A stretch of DNA of 63,620 bases, the filler included, from Dugesia japonica (Eukaryota), in the NCBI GenBank assembly GCA_001938525.1. It is 5 parts of 5 records of this genome, joined end to end, with 100 filler letters (N's around TTAATTAATTAA, not from the genome) between each part and the next. Parts side by side here need not be neighbours in the genome. Positions count along the whole stretch, not along the records: positions 20,233 to 37,540 come from MQRL01648106.1; positions 37,641 to 54,445 come from MQRL01595859.1; 3 more parts are not named here. One strand, given 5' to 3'. Within the stretch, counting starts at the first letter, position 1. Each line of letters opens with the position of its first letter. The notes beneath the pieces were generated by a model. The model did not search any database. It was not told the origin of the DNA and saw only the letters and a list, made by a program, of their open reading frames with translations. Positions 27,811 to 41,312 of this stretch are shown here, piece after piece. The translations under genes and the position numbers were made by a program.

Positions 27811-28126
27811 TGATGACTTTTTGATAGATTTAATCGATATTAGAACATTGTTACAAAATTGTTTATATTTATTAAAATTTTATTGGTTTATTTAAATTAT
27901 AAATTTTTTTTTAAATTAAATCTCAAAATTTTTTAATTAAATCGAGGAATCTCTTAAATGCTTAATTATTAGTTTTTGATATTTTGATATTTTTTTAATA
28001 TAATTTTTATATATTTGAAATTTTTTAAATTATAATTATCTTAAATTAGTATAATTTTATTCAATTTAATTTCTATTATTATTGAATCTTATATTATTAT
28101 TTTTAAAATTTTTAAAACTATTTATA

Positions 28127-29760
28127 TGTTGGGACACAAACCAACTAATCTGTTTAAAAATCTAAATTAAATAAAGAAAAATACATAAAAAACATAACGA
28201 AACAGTTTCACAAAATAAAANATTTAATTAAGAAACAAAAACAAATAAAAGAAAACACGATTTCCTCATAAATTTAACTGTCAATTCATGAAACAAGCAT
28301 ATTCTAAAAAAAAAGAAATTAATTACAAAAATCGGGGAAATAATTAAAAAAAGTAAATAAAATTACCTGGGAAAATCAGTGATTTTACACGAAAATAAAT
28401 CCAAAATTGAGCAAAAATCAGCCAATGATCCAACCTGGAAAAAAGTATAAAAGGATCAAAATAATTAAATAAATTAGCCCTTAAAACAGTGATTTGAACT
28501 TTAAAAAAGAAAATCGTTCTATTATGAAATAAATCAAGAATTAAATCATAAACAAAAATCTTACCAGATTCCATTCGAAAAACAAAGTNTCGTCTAATCA
28601 GAAGTATAATTAAAGAAATCACATTTTTTAAAAAAACACATTAAATTTTAAATAAATTATTTTCGCGATTTCAAATTACCTCAGGAAATCAGGAATCATT
28701 TGATAAGTACAATCTCCAGATTAAAGCAGCCAAATTTTTGGTGCAATTAAATTGTCAACGTAGTAGACAGTAGTTAATTCTCTCGCCGTAATATTCAACA
28801 GAAGTTAGGAAATAATTGTCATCTCCGTCGAAAAATTATCATCGTAACATAATTATAATTGTCAGCCTCATTGACAATTACCAAGTCACAGTCAAAGAAG
28901 GATTTTAATTGAAGCCGACAATCGACAACTCTCTACCTAGAATAATTTCTTTAAATACACAGTAGAAAAACATTGAAATATCAATAAAGAAGAAAGAAAA
29001 TTTCGTCACTAATTAGATCAGGATCAGAAAATTATTAAAAAACAGCTCACGGAATCATTTTCGATCCAGCGTCCAAGCATAGCAATATCAGATCAATCCA
29101 ATCCAAATTATCCATCGATATNCAGGTATTTATTGTGCCTCATATCGTCAGAAGTATGTAAAATTATTATTATTATTAAATCTTGATCTTATATATGCCT
29201 TTGACTTATAAAATTTTTTGATAAATATTTTCATTTAATTTAATAGAATTTATTCATAAGGTTTAGACAAACTACAAAGTCATCAATAATAAAATAATCT
29301 TTGCTATTATTATTATTATAATTAATATTAGAATAATTAATATTCGAAACTGTCATTATTACCATCACCTTTAGGATTATAGTTTTTATCGTTTAATACT
29401 CATCGATTAATGCTGGTATCAACGACATAGTCATTCCTAGTATGAATTCACGTAATATTCTACTACCATTAGCCTTACGATTATTATTATTAATTTTATT
29501 ATTATTATTGTTATTATTATTATGATTATTATTAATATTATTATTATTTTTCTAATATCCTTGATTTTACAATTAAAAGTCATTATTATAAATCATTATG
29601 AATTGAAATTAAGGAAACATTAATTTAACCTTACTACAATGATTCATTACTACAAATTTTAATTAACCATGTTAACTATTAATCAATATTATTAGCAAAT
29701 TGTCATTAATTGTTTAATTATAAATATTACCAATAGTTAAATTCATTACTATACAAAGTA
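28127..29760 (+). mobile_element. LTR-like segment (TGTTGGG start, A-rich ~1 kb, then TTA-rich)
   Basis: Starts TGTTGGGACAC where the flanking AT-rich repeat is interrupted; same architecture as 46934-45000 (-) and 52563-54445; far end not found. Confidence 0.4.
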
Positions 29761-31226
29761 TAGTAAGAAGAATTAAGCAAGAAAAATTCATTTAATGAAA
29801 ATTATATTATCATTAATCAATTAAAATATAATCCATAATTTATCTAAATTAACAAAACTAAGGCGAAATGAATGTTTTAAAATTTAAATTTACAAATTCT
29901 ATATATTTTGTTTTTGTTAAAATGGTAATCATAAGGAATATTTTCAATATGTTTGATTTTCTAATCTCTACCTATTTTTATATAAACTGTGTTAAAATAT
30001 TTGATAGTGGTATAATTTATAACGATGTACAAAGCTACAAGAAATCAAAAAAAATTAAATTTGGCACAAAACAAATACATACAGCTCCATTGCCAAGTTC
30101 TTAAAAACATGTTTCCATTTTTAACATAAGAATCTCCCTTTTGATATCATATTATGCAGAATACGCTGCACAACCNNNNNNNNNNNNNNNNNNNNNNNNN
30201 NNNNNNNNNNNNNNNNNNNNNNNNNNNNNNNNNNNNNNNNNNNNNNNNNNNNNNNNNNNNNNNNNNNNNNNNNNNNNNNNNNNNNNNNNNNNNNNNNNNN
30301 NNNNNNNNNNNNNNNNNNNNNNNNNNNNNNNNNNNNNNNNNNNNNNNNNNNNNNNNNNNNNNNNNNNNNNNNNNNNNNNNNNNNNNNNNNNNNNNNNTAA
30401 AGAAACCCTGAAATAGAGCAATAAAGGATAACAAAAGGAAATCAACAGAAAAAGTAACCGATCAATTTAGAAACAAAAAGGCTGCGAATAGCGTATGTAT
30501 CAAATAATTCATTAAGAAAAATAAAAAATACTGAATTAAATAAATAACAATAGAAGAATTAAATAAAATGAATTATTTACTCCGTGAGAAGCTCAATATA
30601 AATTAATATTTAGATTTAGAGAAAAGAAATTAGAACTCAATTAAGAAAATAATTAAATATAAAATAAATAATTAATTTATGGAAAATAAAATAAATCAGT
30701 GCTTACTAATGCCTATTAATGCTTAATTAACACCTCAACAAAGATGATTGATTCCACAAATAGAATTAATTCACGATAAGTCCAAAAAAATATTTGAAAT
30801 CAAAGTAACCTTCAAAGTTTAATAAATTTATTTTCATTTATAAAAAATCATTAGCATTCTTTCTCAGAATTTTCTTTATTTTCCATCTAGAATCCAAACA
30901 GTTAATTCGCCATATTCTGTTTTATGTGACTCTGATTTTAATACAAGATTTAACATNGTTGAGATTGTTCTTGGATTATTGATGCTTTCTACTTTTGATG
31001 ATCCCTATTTTAATTGACTTAAATAGATTTGGGAATAAATTATTTTCTAATGTTATCTTATCTTAACGAACCCTTTTCTACCATAGCTCACCAAATATAA
31101 TCGATTTTTGGTTTAAATAAAAATATTTTATATTTTTTTTTGTTGCAACGAATAATTTAAATCATTCAATTTTGAAAATATGTCACTTAAATAACAAATT
31201 TTGTAGCCATAACTTATTATAGCATA

Positions 31227-31531
31227 TGGGGTTGCCAACACCTAAAACCTCGAAACCGAGAGATTATAAAATTGCAAACATTATAATTTATAACGCTTAA
31301 CAAATATAAAAAGTGATTTTCATTTTTTTTGTTGACATTGTTACAACTTACACACGATGATGATGTGTGTGACTTGAATGATGACTAATACCAAAAAGAT
31401 ATAAAGAAAACAATCTTGTAAAAACGGAAAGACTAGAGGATTATATCGCACGAGTCAGAGATAACGCCGAGACGAGAGATGAAATCCAGTTCCACGAGAC
31501 TCCCGTCAAAAACGGAGAGTTGGCAAGCCTA
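31227..31531. mobile_element. hAT (Blackjack-like) MITE
   Basis: TIRs TGGGGTTGCCAAC / GTTGGCAAGCCTA; 8-bp TSD atagcata / ttagcata (7 of 8 match). Confidence 0.8.
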
Positions 31532-31959
31532 TTAGCATACTTTCTGCTATTTTTGTGTAATTTATTTTGGAAAACATTGGTTATAATTCAAATTATGGTA
31601 TTTTAAGGGGTAACCCATACTTTTGAGAGAAAATTTATTAAAGAGTAATCAACTTCCAGCTTTAAATCAAAAATTTTTGCTAAAACATTGTACCCTTAAC
31701 TAAGGAGCAACATTACCAATTTTCTAAGATGCTAACAGTTGATTTTAAAAAATTATTTTGTCACAAGTGCATTCTCTGAAAACTTTACAGATCTCATAAT
31801 TTTATTAAGTCATACCAAAATTATTATAACTTCTTTAAAACAGTAAAAAGCGGGAAAACCTTAGGTTCAAATTAAAAATTCAGATTTCCCCTGAAATCTG
31901 GTATTTTGAAAATTTGGTCGAAAATCGAAAGGCATAGGTATAACAAATGCACTACCCGA

Positions 31960-32765
31960 CCGATGATGCCGCACAGCATAAAACAGGAAATAAATACTAC
32001 AAAAAATATTTACTACATTAGTTTCTTAACATGTAGGGATTTATAACAATGATCTATTAATGATATTTTAGGTAATTAAATTAGACTTAATTAAATTCAT
32101 TTATTAATGATTTATAAATTGTTCGTGTATACAATTCATGTTTTTTTTATCATGAATGTGTTTTAATTTTTAACGAAAAAATATAATATATTGAAAAAAA
32201 TATCACTGCGACTATTTTTGCGCATGTTAATTGAAACGGATTTGTTGGGGTGTCATAAACCACTATCTAAAATCTCATTTATATTATTCAACTATTATAT
32301 AAAGATTATTTAAACTACTGTTTTATTATAGTATATTATAATGCAGTATTATAATTTTTCTTCACTTTATATGATTGTAACAATTTAATAGTTTCAAACT
32401 ATTAACTATAACCATTTTAAAAATCTCATGTTTCCTTAGACTCCTGCTATTTTAAAAACAAAACAGAAACTTATTCTGAATTTATGATATTATAATGATA
32501 GTATAAAAAACTGCGTTCTAATTTCTATAAGTCAGTTACTTTTCATCAAAGTATAATGCATCTGATGTTTAAATAAATTTAATTGAAAATATTCATAATT
32601 TTGATGATCAAGACACACCTCTAATTTCTATACAACGGTGTGGTTAAAGTAAAATGCAAGTATCATTCTTGTTAAGTGTTTCTAAAAACATCACTTCAAA
32701 TAATAAAAAGTTATTAATGCTTTAATAAGAATTGATTTTGTTGATGTTTTATGTTTGATTTACTG
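31960..32765 (+). repeat. Second copy of the unclassified repeat at 26330-27620
   Basis: Colinear shared blocks as listed for the first copy. Confidence 0.7.
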
Positions 32766-32807
32766 CCATTATAATTGGTATTAAAGAAAGTAACAAATAT
32801 TTAACAA

Positions 32808-32808
32808 C

Positions 32809-32869
<61 letters not shown>

Positions 32870-32919
32870 NNNNNNNNNNNNNNNNNNNNNNNNNNNNNNN
32901 NNNNNNNNNNNNNNNNNNN

Positions 32920-32976
<57 letters not shown>
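32808..32976. repeat. (AAT)n microsatellite with gap
   Basis: Direct observation. Confidence 0.95.
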
Positions 32977-32977
<1 letters not shown>

Positions 32978-32987
32978 TTAATTATAA

Positions 32988-34340
32988 TGTTGGGCTAGAA
33001 CACGACAGCCCGGGAATAAAACTGAAGTGCGTAATGTTCGAGGTTAAAATAAAGATGGATCACGAAATATGATGAGCAAAAAATAGAAAACCCATGGAGT
33101 ATGGTGTGAAAAAACAGGTGAGTGCTGGACTGGATATTTTGATATATGATAGTCTGAGTGAAATTAGTTAAAAGCTTTAGTTGTGAGAATTTTTACGCAA
33201 TGTTTCGTCATTGCCAGCGAGAATATTGGCAAATAAGTCTCTTGGATATTGTTTCGTGCCTTTCCCATCGAACATGCATAGTGAATTGTTGAGGAAGTCA
33301 CACTGAGCATGAATCAAATAAGTCGAAATCTAGTATTTTTGCTGAGATGACTTAATTAATTTGATCTGGTCTGATTTTTTCGTTGAACCATCAAAATTTG
33401 ACAATGAAATCTATTAAAGATTTCAATTGTTGTTTGAACATCCGTGAAGAAAAGTCTTGACGATCGGATGATAATTTTCCAGTTAACCAATAGTAATACC
33501 AGAGATGCAAGAATGATATTTGACAAAAAGAAGGTATTTCAGAAGGAAGATGGAAGAGAATGGAGTATAATGTAATGTAATAGATATGACATGGAAATGT
33601 TATGGGATTCAGGAGCATCAATATCAGTAATTAGTGCAGAAGTTTGGAGAAGAATTAGATTACCTGCGTTATCGCAGTTGCAGATTGTGTTATCAGAATT
33701 TTTTTAATGAAAGGGGAAAGATTTATTGGTAAAACTAAATTACATTTACATTGGTATGGGAAACGAAGAGAAAATGAAGTAGTAATTATCAAAGATATTT
33801 GTCCNNNNNNNNNNNNNNNNNNNNNNNNNNNNNNNNNNNNNNNNNNNNNNNNNNNAAAATTGATTTTATTGATTAAAATTATGTTGAGCCAGTTGTCGAG
33901 AATGCAAAAAGAGTGACAAATGTTTTGAATATTCAAAAGAATGTCAATCAAGAAATGAGAAAACTGATAGAAAAATACGTAGAGATATTTATGACATCGA
34001 AATTTGATCTTGGATTTACGACAATAATGCAGCATATCATTGAAACAAAAGGAGGATCCATAATGTTAATTCAGAAGAAAATCAATGCATTTGGAATGCA
34101 AAATTAATGAGTTATTGTGAAATCTTAGAAAAGCAAATATTATCTAGAGTTGCAGAAGTCCGTAGAATTCAACATTCGTAATTGTACCGAAGAAAGAGGA
34201 AACAATAAGAATGTGTCTGGATTTTCGGAAATTAAATTCAAATTCAGAGAAATACTCTTTTCCGGTGCCTGATATTCAACTACTTTTAGATACGCATGAT
34301 GGATCAATTTTATTTTAAATTGAGATTGGTATGAAATGTC
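32988..34340 (+). mobile_element. Decayed Gypsy element: LTR start, aspartic protease and RT N-terminus
   Basis: TGTTGGGCTAGAAC start (also at 61192); LWDSGASISVIS protease motif at ~33600; KYVEIF...DLGFT..MQHIIET; SP.NS..VIVPKK RT-proximal motif. Confidence 0.75.
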
Positions 34341-34971
34341 TTGTGAGAACTCCGTAGGGGTTTGAACAAGAAAAGATGGAGGAATTTCCTCATCATCTCT
34401 CGTTTGGACCCCGGGAGTGGTGGAACCAGACATAATAAGCCACATATTTCCAGTAATATTGATCATAATTGATATCATTATTAATTCATAACTTATATAA
34501 TTATTATATGAAAAATGAAATTATTAACTGAAAAGATATTATTAATTTTAAAAATTGTTAACTTAATGTAAAATCAAAAAAAGCCATTACAGTTTCAATA
34601 AAAATTATTACTCTTTAATGTAAATAAAAACAAATGCTTACTTATTTTCATTGTTTATGAATTTCATATTTCATAACATTAATCATAAAATTTTCATATC
34701 TTAATTAATGCATAATAATTTCCATTAAATTAATTCGGTTAAATCAACTCGATTAAATAAATAATCTAAAATAAAATTAAACATATAATTAACAAATAAA
34801 TGAAATTTTATTTGTAAATTGAATATGATAAATAATATGTCCATCTTGCTTATACATGCAATCGATGCATACATTATTCCATACCGGACATATTTAATTG
34901 ATGTTAAAACAAAATGATTTAAAAATAGAAAAATATTTGTCAGACATTTAATTAATATGACAAGACAAAAA

Positions 34972-35050
34972 TCAATTTTAAAAACATTAATTATAATTTA
35001 ATAATTTTAAAAACATTAATTATAATTTGATAATTTTAAAAACATTTATT
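34972..35050. repeat. ~29-bp AT-rich tandem repeat, ~2.5 units
   Basis: aattttaaaaacattaattataattt.at repeated. Confidence 0.7.
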
Positions 35051-35484
35051 AGAAATGAATTAATATAAACTGATCAATTTTAAGATGATAAATTTTAAAT
35101 TCTATGAATTTTAAGATGTTAAATTTTGATTCATACAAACTTGTGATGCTTACAAACCTTAAGTTAAAATTTTAAGGCATATAAATTTTAAGTGGCGAAA
35201 CTTATTTGGTGTATATTTTAAGTGTTGCTTATTTAAGTTCTTTGATAAAACCTGTATTTTCAATTATGAATACTAAATAATCTGAAATGAATGCTGTATT
35301 TTCAATGATTTTTCTTGTATTTAAAATTTTTTAAATTTATTAAAGTTGGTTTTAATTTTAATCATCATAAACTACATTAATTTTATTCAATTAAAAAAAA
35401 GAAAATATAAAAACTTTTTTATTATTAACTATTATATTTTTTTAATTATAAAATGAAAAAAACGCCATTTTTTAAAATTTTTAT

Positions 35485-35530
35485 TTGTTAGACATGTTTC
35501 GGACAAATCTATTTCCATCATCAGTTACTG
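35485..35530 (-). ncRNA. Penelope-type minimal hammerhead ribozyme motif (family B)
   Basis: Minus strand CUGAUGA-U-GGA(AAUAGAUUUG)UCC-GAA-ACAUGU-C; palindromic ACAUGU and GUC cleavage triplet; helix I imperfect. Confidence 0.65.
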
Positions 35531-35612
35531 TTGTAAAATATAAAAGAAATTTTTATAAACTGACCAATAAAACCTGTTATGTAATCAATCTAATAAAATA
35601 AAATTAAAGAAA

Positions 35613-36570
35613 GATGGTGCTCCAGTGGGTTCTCCGTTGGCACCAATACTAGCATAATTTTTTTGTCCAAAACTGAGTCATGAATTATTGATTTTTCTGA
35701 TAATCAACCCATAGAATACACAAGATATGTAGATGATATCTTCCTTATTTTTAAAGACCAAGATTATATACTACCTTTAATTGAATATATGAACAGTCTT
35801 AATCAAAATATGAAATTCACTAAAAAAGTTGAAAAAGAAGGTAAATCTCCATTAATAGGTGATCTTGTTTGTAGAAATGGCCGCTGCTTTAATACTTCAG
35901 TTTATAAAAACCAACAGATACAAGACTATACACCACTCCTAAAAGATTTTGTGATGATCGATATAATGGATTAATGGAATATTTGGTTCATCGAGTATGG
36001 TGTATATCATCAAGCTTTAAGATTGCTGAAGATGGTCTTAGCAGATTAGATAGTAGTCTTTGAGCTAATGAACAAAACCAAAAAATGATTTATAATAATA
36101 TACGAATTAATCTAAACAAACCCGGCTCAACATAAAATAATAACAGAAGAAAACATAAAAAATAATAATCAAGAAAAAATAAATAAAAAACTACCATTCT
36201 CGGAAGGAGCTAAATCATTAAAATACTCACTCATGAAATATTTTGATGATAATAAATTTAAACAAATATTTTGAAAAACCAATTTTACTTATTGAAATCT
36301 GTTTTTCGAAATATTTGTTTAATTGTTAAAGTTAATTGTTAGAAAANAAATTTTGAAATGAAAATTTCAAAATTTTAATTTCTGAAATGAAATAATAAAT
36401 TTAGATTAATTTTCATTACAAAAAACTTCCAGTTATTTAAGCAACAAATCTACTACACCAAAAGCTTTGCTCGCTAACCTAGTTTATCAATTTAATTGTA
36501 ACGGATGTGATGCCACGTACAATGAAGATACAAAACTTTATCTTCGCACACGCGTTCTTATTAATATTCT
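35613..36570 (+). pseudogene. Decayed Penelope-like retroelement RT and GIY-YIG endonuclease
   Basis: DGAPVGSPLAPILA, YTRYVDDIFLIF, NSLNQNMKFT...FNTSVYK and LVYQFNCNGCDATY..DT...LRTRV. Confidence 0.88.
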
Positions 36571-36879
36571 TATTAATTTATGTTATCTGAAAAATGTTCA
36601 TAATATAAGATGTGTTTGTATGTGTTATTTTAACATAAATAGAAGTTTTAGAAAAGTGTTTTCAGGCCAAAGAATTTTAAAAACAAATGAAGAAAAATAA
36701 AAATTAATCAACATAAAAANGTTCCAAAGCTATAAAAAATAAAAATATTCCAGTGTACTGAGACAGTAGGAATCTGAATCGAAAAGATATAAAAGCACCG
36801 TCTCATGCACAGGTATTTAGCGAGTTTTTCTAAAATTTTGAATTTGTTTAGTTAGAATTTTTTAATGCAAAATTTTTTT

Positions 36880-37540
36880 TTAATTACAATTATTGCGAGA
36901 ATAATTGTTTGACTTCACCATTGATCGAATTTGGGATTTCNNNAAAATAAAGTAATAACTTCGATCAAATTAAATTGTTGTTTTATAGATATTCAAATTT
37001 TCGACTATTGTCTTCTTCAGGAATATTGTTAAATAGTAAATTTAAATGATTATACAAGTATTTTATTAACTTTCAGTAAATAAGAAAGGATCTGTATTAT
37101 GAATACTGTATTCGTGGTTAGATTATTAATTTTAAATACTTATTTATTTATCTTAACATAATCAACTGTAAAAAAAACATCCAAAACAACAAGGGTTTTG
37201 AAAAAAATCCTGCGTTTAATTACTATAAATGAACTAGTAAAAATATTTATCGATTTAATAATTTCGAAAAATACTAGATAAATAGATCAGTTATTATTCA
37301 CATATAATAACTAACCGTGTAACCGTTACAATAGAATAATTTTATTGCATTTGTTTTCTAGCTAAAAGTTATAGCTTAACTTATAATTTGCTTGAATTAT
37401 TTGATAAAAAAATAAACATTTCAACCTTGATTTACGATGACGTATTATAAAACCTAAGTGTAAAGCTTTTGTGGTAAATGCATTAAAGAATGCTTTATTA
37501 CAATATTATTAAACCAAGACAGCTAGACACTTAAAAAATT
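36880..37540 (-). mobile_element. Penelope-like 3' end with hammerhead motif at 36989-37026
   Basis: Minus strand FYCNGYTVSYY (GIY-YIG-like); AUAUUC-CUGAAGA-A-GAC(AAUA)GUC-GAAA-AUUU-GAAUAU; family tail at 36882-36926. Confidence 0.65.
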
Positions 37541-37640
37541 NNNNNNNNNNNNNNNNNNNNNNNNNNNNNNNNNNNNNNNNNNNNTTAATTAATTAANNNN
37601 NNNNNNNNNNNNNNNNNNNNNNNNNNNNNNNNNNNNNNNN
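37541..37640. other. Artificial scaffold-joining spacer
   Basis: 44N-TTAATTAATTAA(37585-37596)-44N. Confidence 0.92.
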
Positions 37641-38079
37641 ATCAGTGACCTTGAAAAAATTTGACCTTGAGGGGGGGGAGGGGGTGATACAGTGCGCTAC
37701 TATCTATCTACTCTGGTATAACTATTACTTGGTTACTATCCGCCTAACAGCCGGAATTTAGCAGTGAAAATCCATGAAAATACGTCATTATTTATACTTT
37801 TGTATGCCAATATAATTTTTCTACTAATTCCCATAGATATTCCCATTTTAATTTCTTCTCTCCTGAAATTTACTAAAATATATTCCTCTTTAATTGTATT
37901 TCCTTCCTCTGTAATTATAATCCGTTATTCCAGTTCGTTCACGAGAAAACTCGAAAATTCTTTCTCTATACTGATTTACAATTTTAATAATTTTATATGC
38001 TAGCTTTAATCAAATATACTACTGATTTGACTAATTTGTTATCGACACTTTAAAAATCTAAAATTTTCAGTGATTTTTA

Positions 38080-38760
38080 TGCATAAAATGAACGTAGTTG
38101 CAAGGTGTTTTTTAATGTATTGAATGGTTAAGCTTACTACTATGTATGCGTTGACTCATTGTTTTTTGAAGGTTTTTATACAGTTTCTGGTTGTTTTAAT
38201 AGAAACTAACATTGACCACATTTTTTCCAACATCTGTTAACGCTTTTTATTAGGGAATCGTCTTCTCCTTCGTCGTTTTACTGCATTATTAAGCCGCTTA
38301 AAGTTTTTATTGTGCTTAATTTTTGTATATGGCCTTTCCGGTGTCAGTCGATCTTCTTTATCCCATTTTTTCTGTCTGAAGTATTCTTCGTATCTAATTA
38401 GTAACATTGCTTTGTTGGTGAAGAATTTTTATTCGCGAGGGTAGGGTGAAGGTAGGCAATACTCACACCACAAATCATCATACGCATACCTTATTGATAA
38501 AAAGCTAATTAGTGTACAAGACTAACTAACATGGAGCATCGTCTTCGACTGCTCGGGAGCACATTCATTTATCCCATTAATATGTAGTCAGCTAACTCTG
38601 GTATATACCTCTTTANNTCATACCAGGATACATTTGTTTATTGAATTTTTAGAGCATCTTTGTTTACATAATATATTCCACTTAGGATCATGTATCCTCC
38701 TCTTTAACCCATATAGTTATTGCACTTGATCACACAGAGACATTCACTCAGTAAGGATTA
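38080..38760 (-). repeat. Dispersed repeat with decayed basic orphan ORF, homologous to 19100-19740
   Basis: Near-open frame YDDLWCEYCLPSPYPRE*KFF...VKRRRRRRFPNKKR*QMLEKMWSMLVSIKTTRNCIK. Confidence 0.55.
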
Positions 38761-39554
38761 CTTGTTTACATTCTTTTAAGCTTTAAATTTGAGTGAAATT
38801 TCTTTATTCAAGATATTTTGTTGATTGATTTTCGCGAAATTTGCTGCTGTACTTATAGTTGCTCTCCGGTACGCTCACATTCTTTTTATTGGCTAATTTT
38901 CATCGTTCGATCTTTAGAAGTCGTTTATTGGCTGAATTTATTACTTCATATTATGTTACCTTTTCTTATTGGCTAATTTTTTGGAATTCCAAAACTTGTG
39001 GAATTTGATTTCAAACCCTTGTAACGTTCTTCCTTGCTGAGCTATGATTTTCTAGTTTTGATATTTGGAATCTTCGAATATTTTGTCATCATAATTTTCT
39101 TGGTCGCAAATTTTTTGACAACGAGAAGCTTTCGTTTTCTTCTGTTTTACTTTTTAATTCCGATTTTCTTATTAATCATTTTAATTTGGATAATTTATTT
39201 TATCTTTTTTATAAATTATTTTTTATTCATTCTTAATTAATTTATTAATTAGATTCTCATCTTCAATTAAAGATAATTATTAAAATAATCTTAGCTTTTC
39301 TTCTCGCACATAATTCATTTGATTTATTTTTCCGTTGCTGATTATTAATTTAATTTAGCATATTTTATTCTTTATAATGAATTATTGGCCAACCGATACT
39401 TACAGCTTCTTAGTCTTTTCGTTTTAGTTTCATAATAGTTGTTCACATCTGGATTCTCCTTTTATTTAGATAGTTCTTCAATTTTATCTTTGTCGTCACT
39501 ATTCTATTCCTGGAGTTACATCTTCTTTTCATTTCTGAGCCTACTAATCAATTT

Positions 39555-40404
39555 TCAAACGAGAAATAGCCAAATATATTCTGAAAGGCATTGTTTTACC
39601 AAATATTGGAGTGTATATAATAGATTTTTTTGACCAATTCTATTGGAGTCAAGGTTTTTTACTTGTGATATAATGATAGTGAGTCGAAAAAACGCATTCA
39701 TCTCATCTCAAAAACATTCTTTGATCAATTTTTGTTCGTTATTATGTTCACCAATTTAGACTTGTTCTTCGTACAAATTAGTTTATTTGACTAATATCTC
39801 CAAAAATTCATCTTTCAAAACTTTTTCTAATACACAGGGCATTAGGTTTATTTTCCAGTTTACATGAAAGCAAGGAACTTCTACAATCCAAATTATTTCG
39901 AGAATATTGTTCTTATCTTCCCAGATCCATTCGTCCGCTCAAATGCTTGAATCATTATCAACCTCATCATTGTAGATACTTAGGCGTTTTGCACGTTTTC
40001 TAATTCTGGGAACTACACTACTATCTTCGCTATTTGAATCGCTTTCACTTTCAGTTTTCNATGAATTATCACTTTCATATTNCAATCGTTCTAATGTATC
40101 TTCCTCATATGATCCATAGTCAGAATCATCATTTTTGCATAAGTTTTCAATTGTTTAAGCCATTTTTAGGATTATTTTAACTTTTTTTCAACTAATATCA
40201 AAACAACTGAAATAAACTCGTAGTATTTCAATGAAAGCAACTGGCGTTTTATTAAAAAAAACTACTAAAATCGCTATATATAATAACTTAGCTAGAATTT
40301 TACAAAGATCATGTGTAACAATAATATTTTTCTAAATTTAAATAAATTCATTTCTAAACATGAAACTTTACAACGGGATAGACCCGACATTTCCAATCAA
40401 GGGG
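39555..40404 (-). mobile_element. piggyBac 5' end with decayed transposase N-terminus
   Basis: Terminus CCCCTTGA next to TTAA (40405-40408); acidic N-terminus (DDSDYGSYEED...ESESDSNSED), EWIWED, and NWSKKSIIYTPIFGKTMP motif. Confidence 0.8.
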
Positions 40405-40698
40405 TTAATGGATCCAAACATTTAAAATAAATCAATAATAATAAAAATGAATTGAAGATGAACAATTCGTATTTTATTCCGTCTCCGGCATCAAACACAC
40501 CAATCCATTGACGGTCTATTAAATCACAAAATAAACAGAATCTATTATTCTTAATTCCAAATCAACTCGAGGAATTAGAACAAGAATTTTTGGAGCTCCA
40601 AGCCTAATTATCGATTTCTAAATTACTTAATAAGCCAAGTCAACTTGTAGAGTTAATTGTTATATTAAGACAACAAATTCTGCAGTTTAGACCTAGAT

Positions 40699-40957
40699 CA
40701 GTGGTCAGCTAACTTTTTTCTGTCGCGGCACACCTAAATTATAAACTTTCTTACGGCACACTTATACTTTTTAAGCGAAAATACCATATGAAACCTAAAA
40801 GATACCAAAAATCAACATAATTGTTAATACATTTTCGAATGTAATTTACAACGGCAAACAATTTGCAGACTAAATTCTAGTGCAAAATCCCGAAATATCC
40901 CAAAACATGCCCCTATGAACTTTTAGAAAAATTTTAGCGGCAGTTTGCAGACCAATG
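40699..40957. mobile_element. hAT (Charlie-like) MITE
   Basis: TIRs CAGTGGTCAGCTAACT versus reverse complement CATTGGTCTGCAAACT; flanks acctagat / ctttagat resemble the Charlie NTCTAGAN target. Confidence 0.7.
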
Positions 40958-41312
40958 CTTTAGATATTTTAGTAAAAAAATTTATTTATTATTTTGATTT
41001 TTATATTAGCTGAAACTTAGTTTAATAGTGTTAATATTTATCATTGTAAGACCAAAATTTCAAATACCACCATTATTATTGATTAATTTTTGCATCATTT
41101 TAATACACTAAGTTTATTGTAAACAAATACCAACAAAACATGGGAACTAGCCTCCTTTCTAGATATCTATACTTATAAAATGATAAAAATTTTAGGCTAA
41201 TTATGACATAAATTATTAAATAAATAAAAATTAACTTTCACTAATTTATTCTGTCGATTAAAAAAACTTAAGTAATTTTTCAAATTCCACGTGACAGGAT
41301 AGTTTAAAACAC

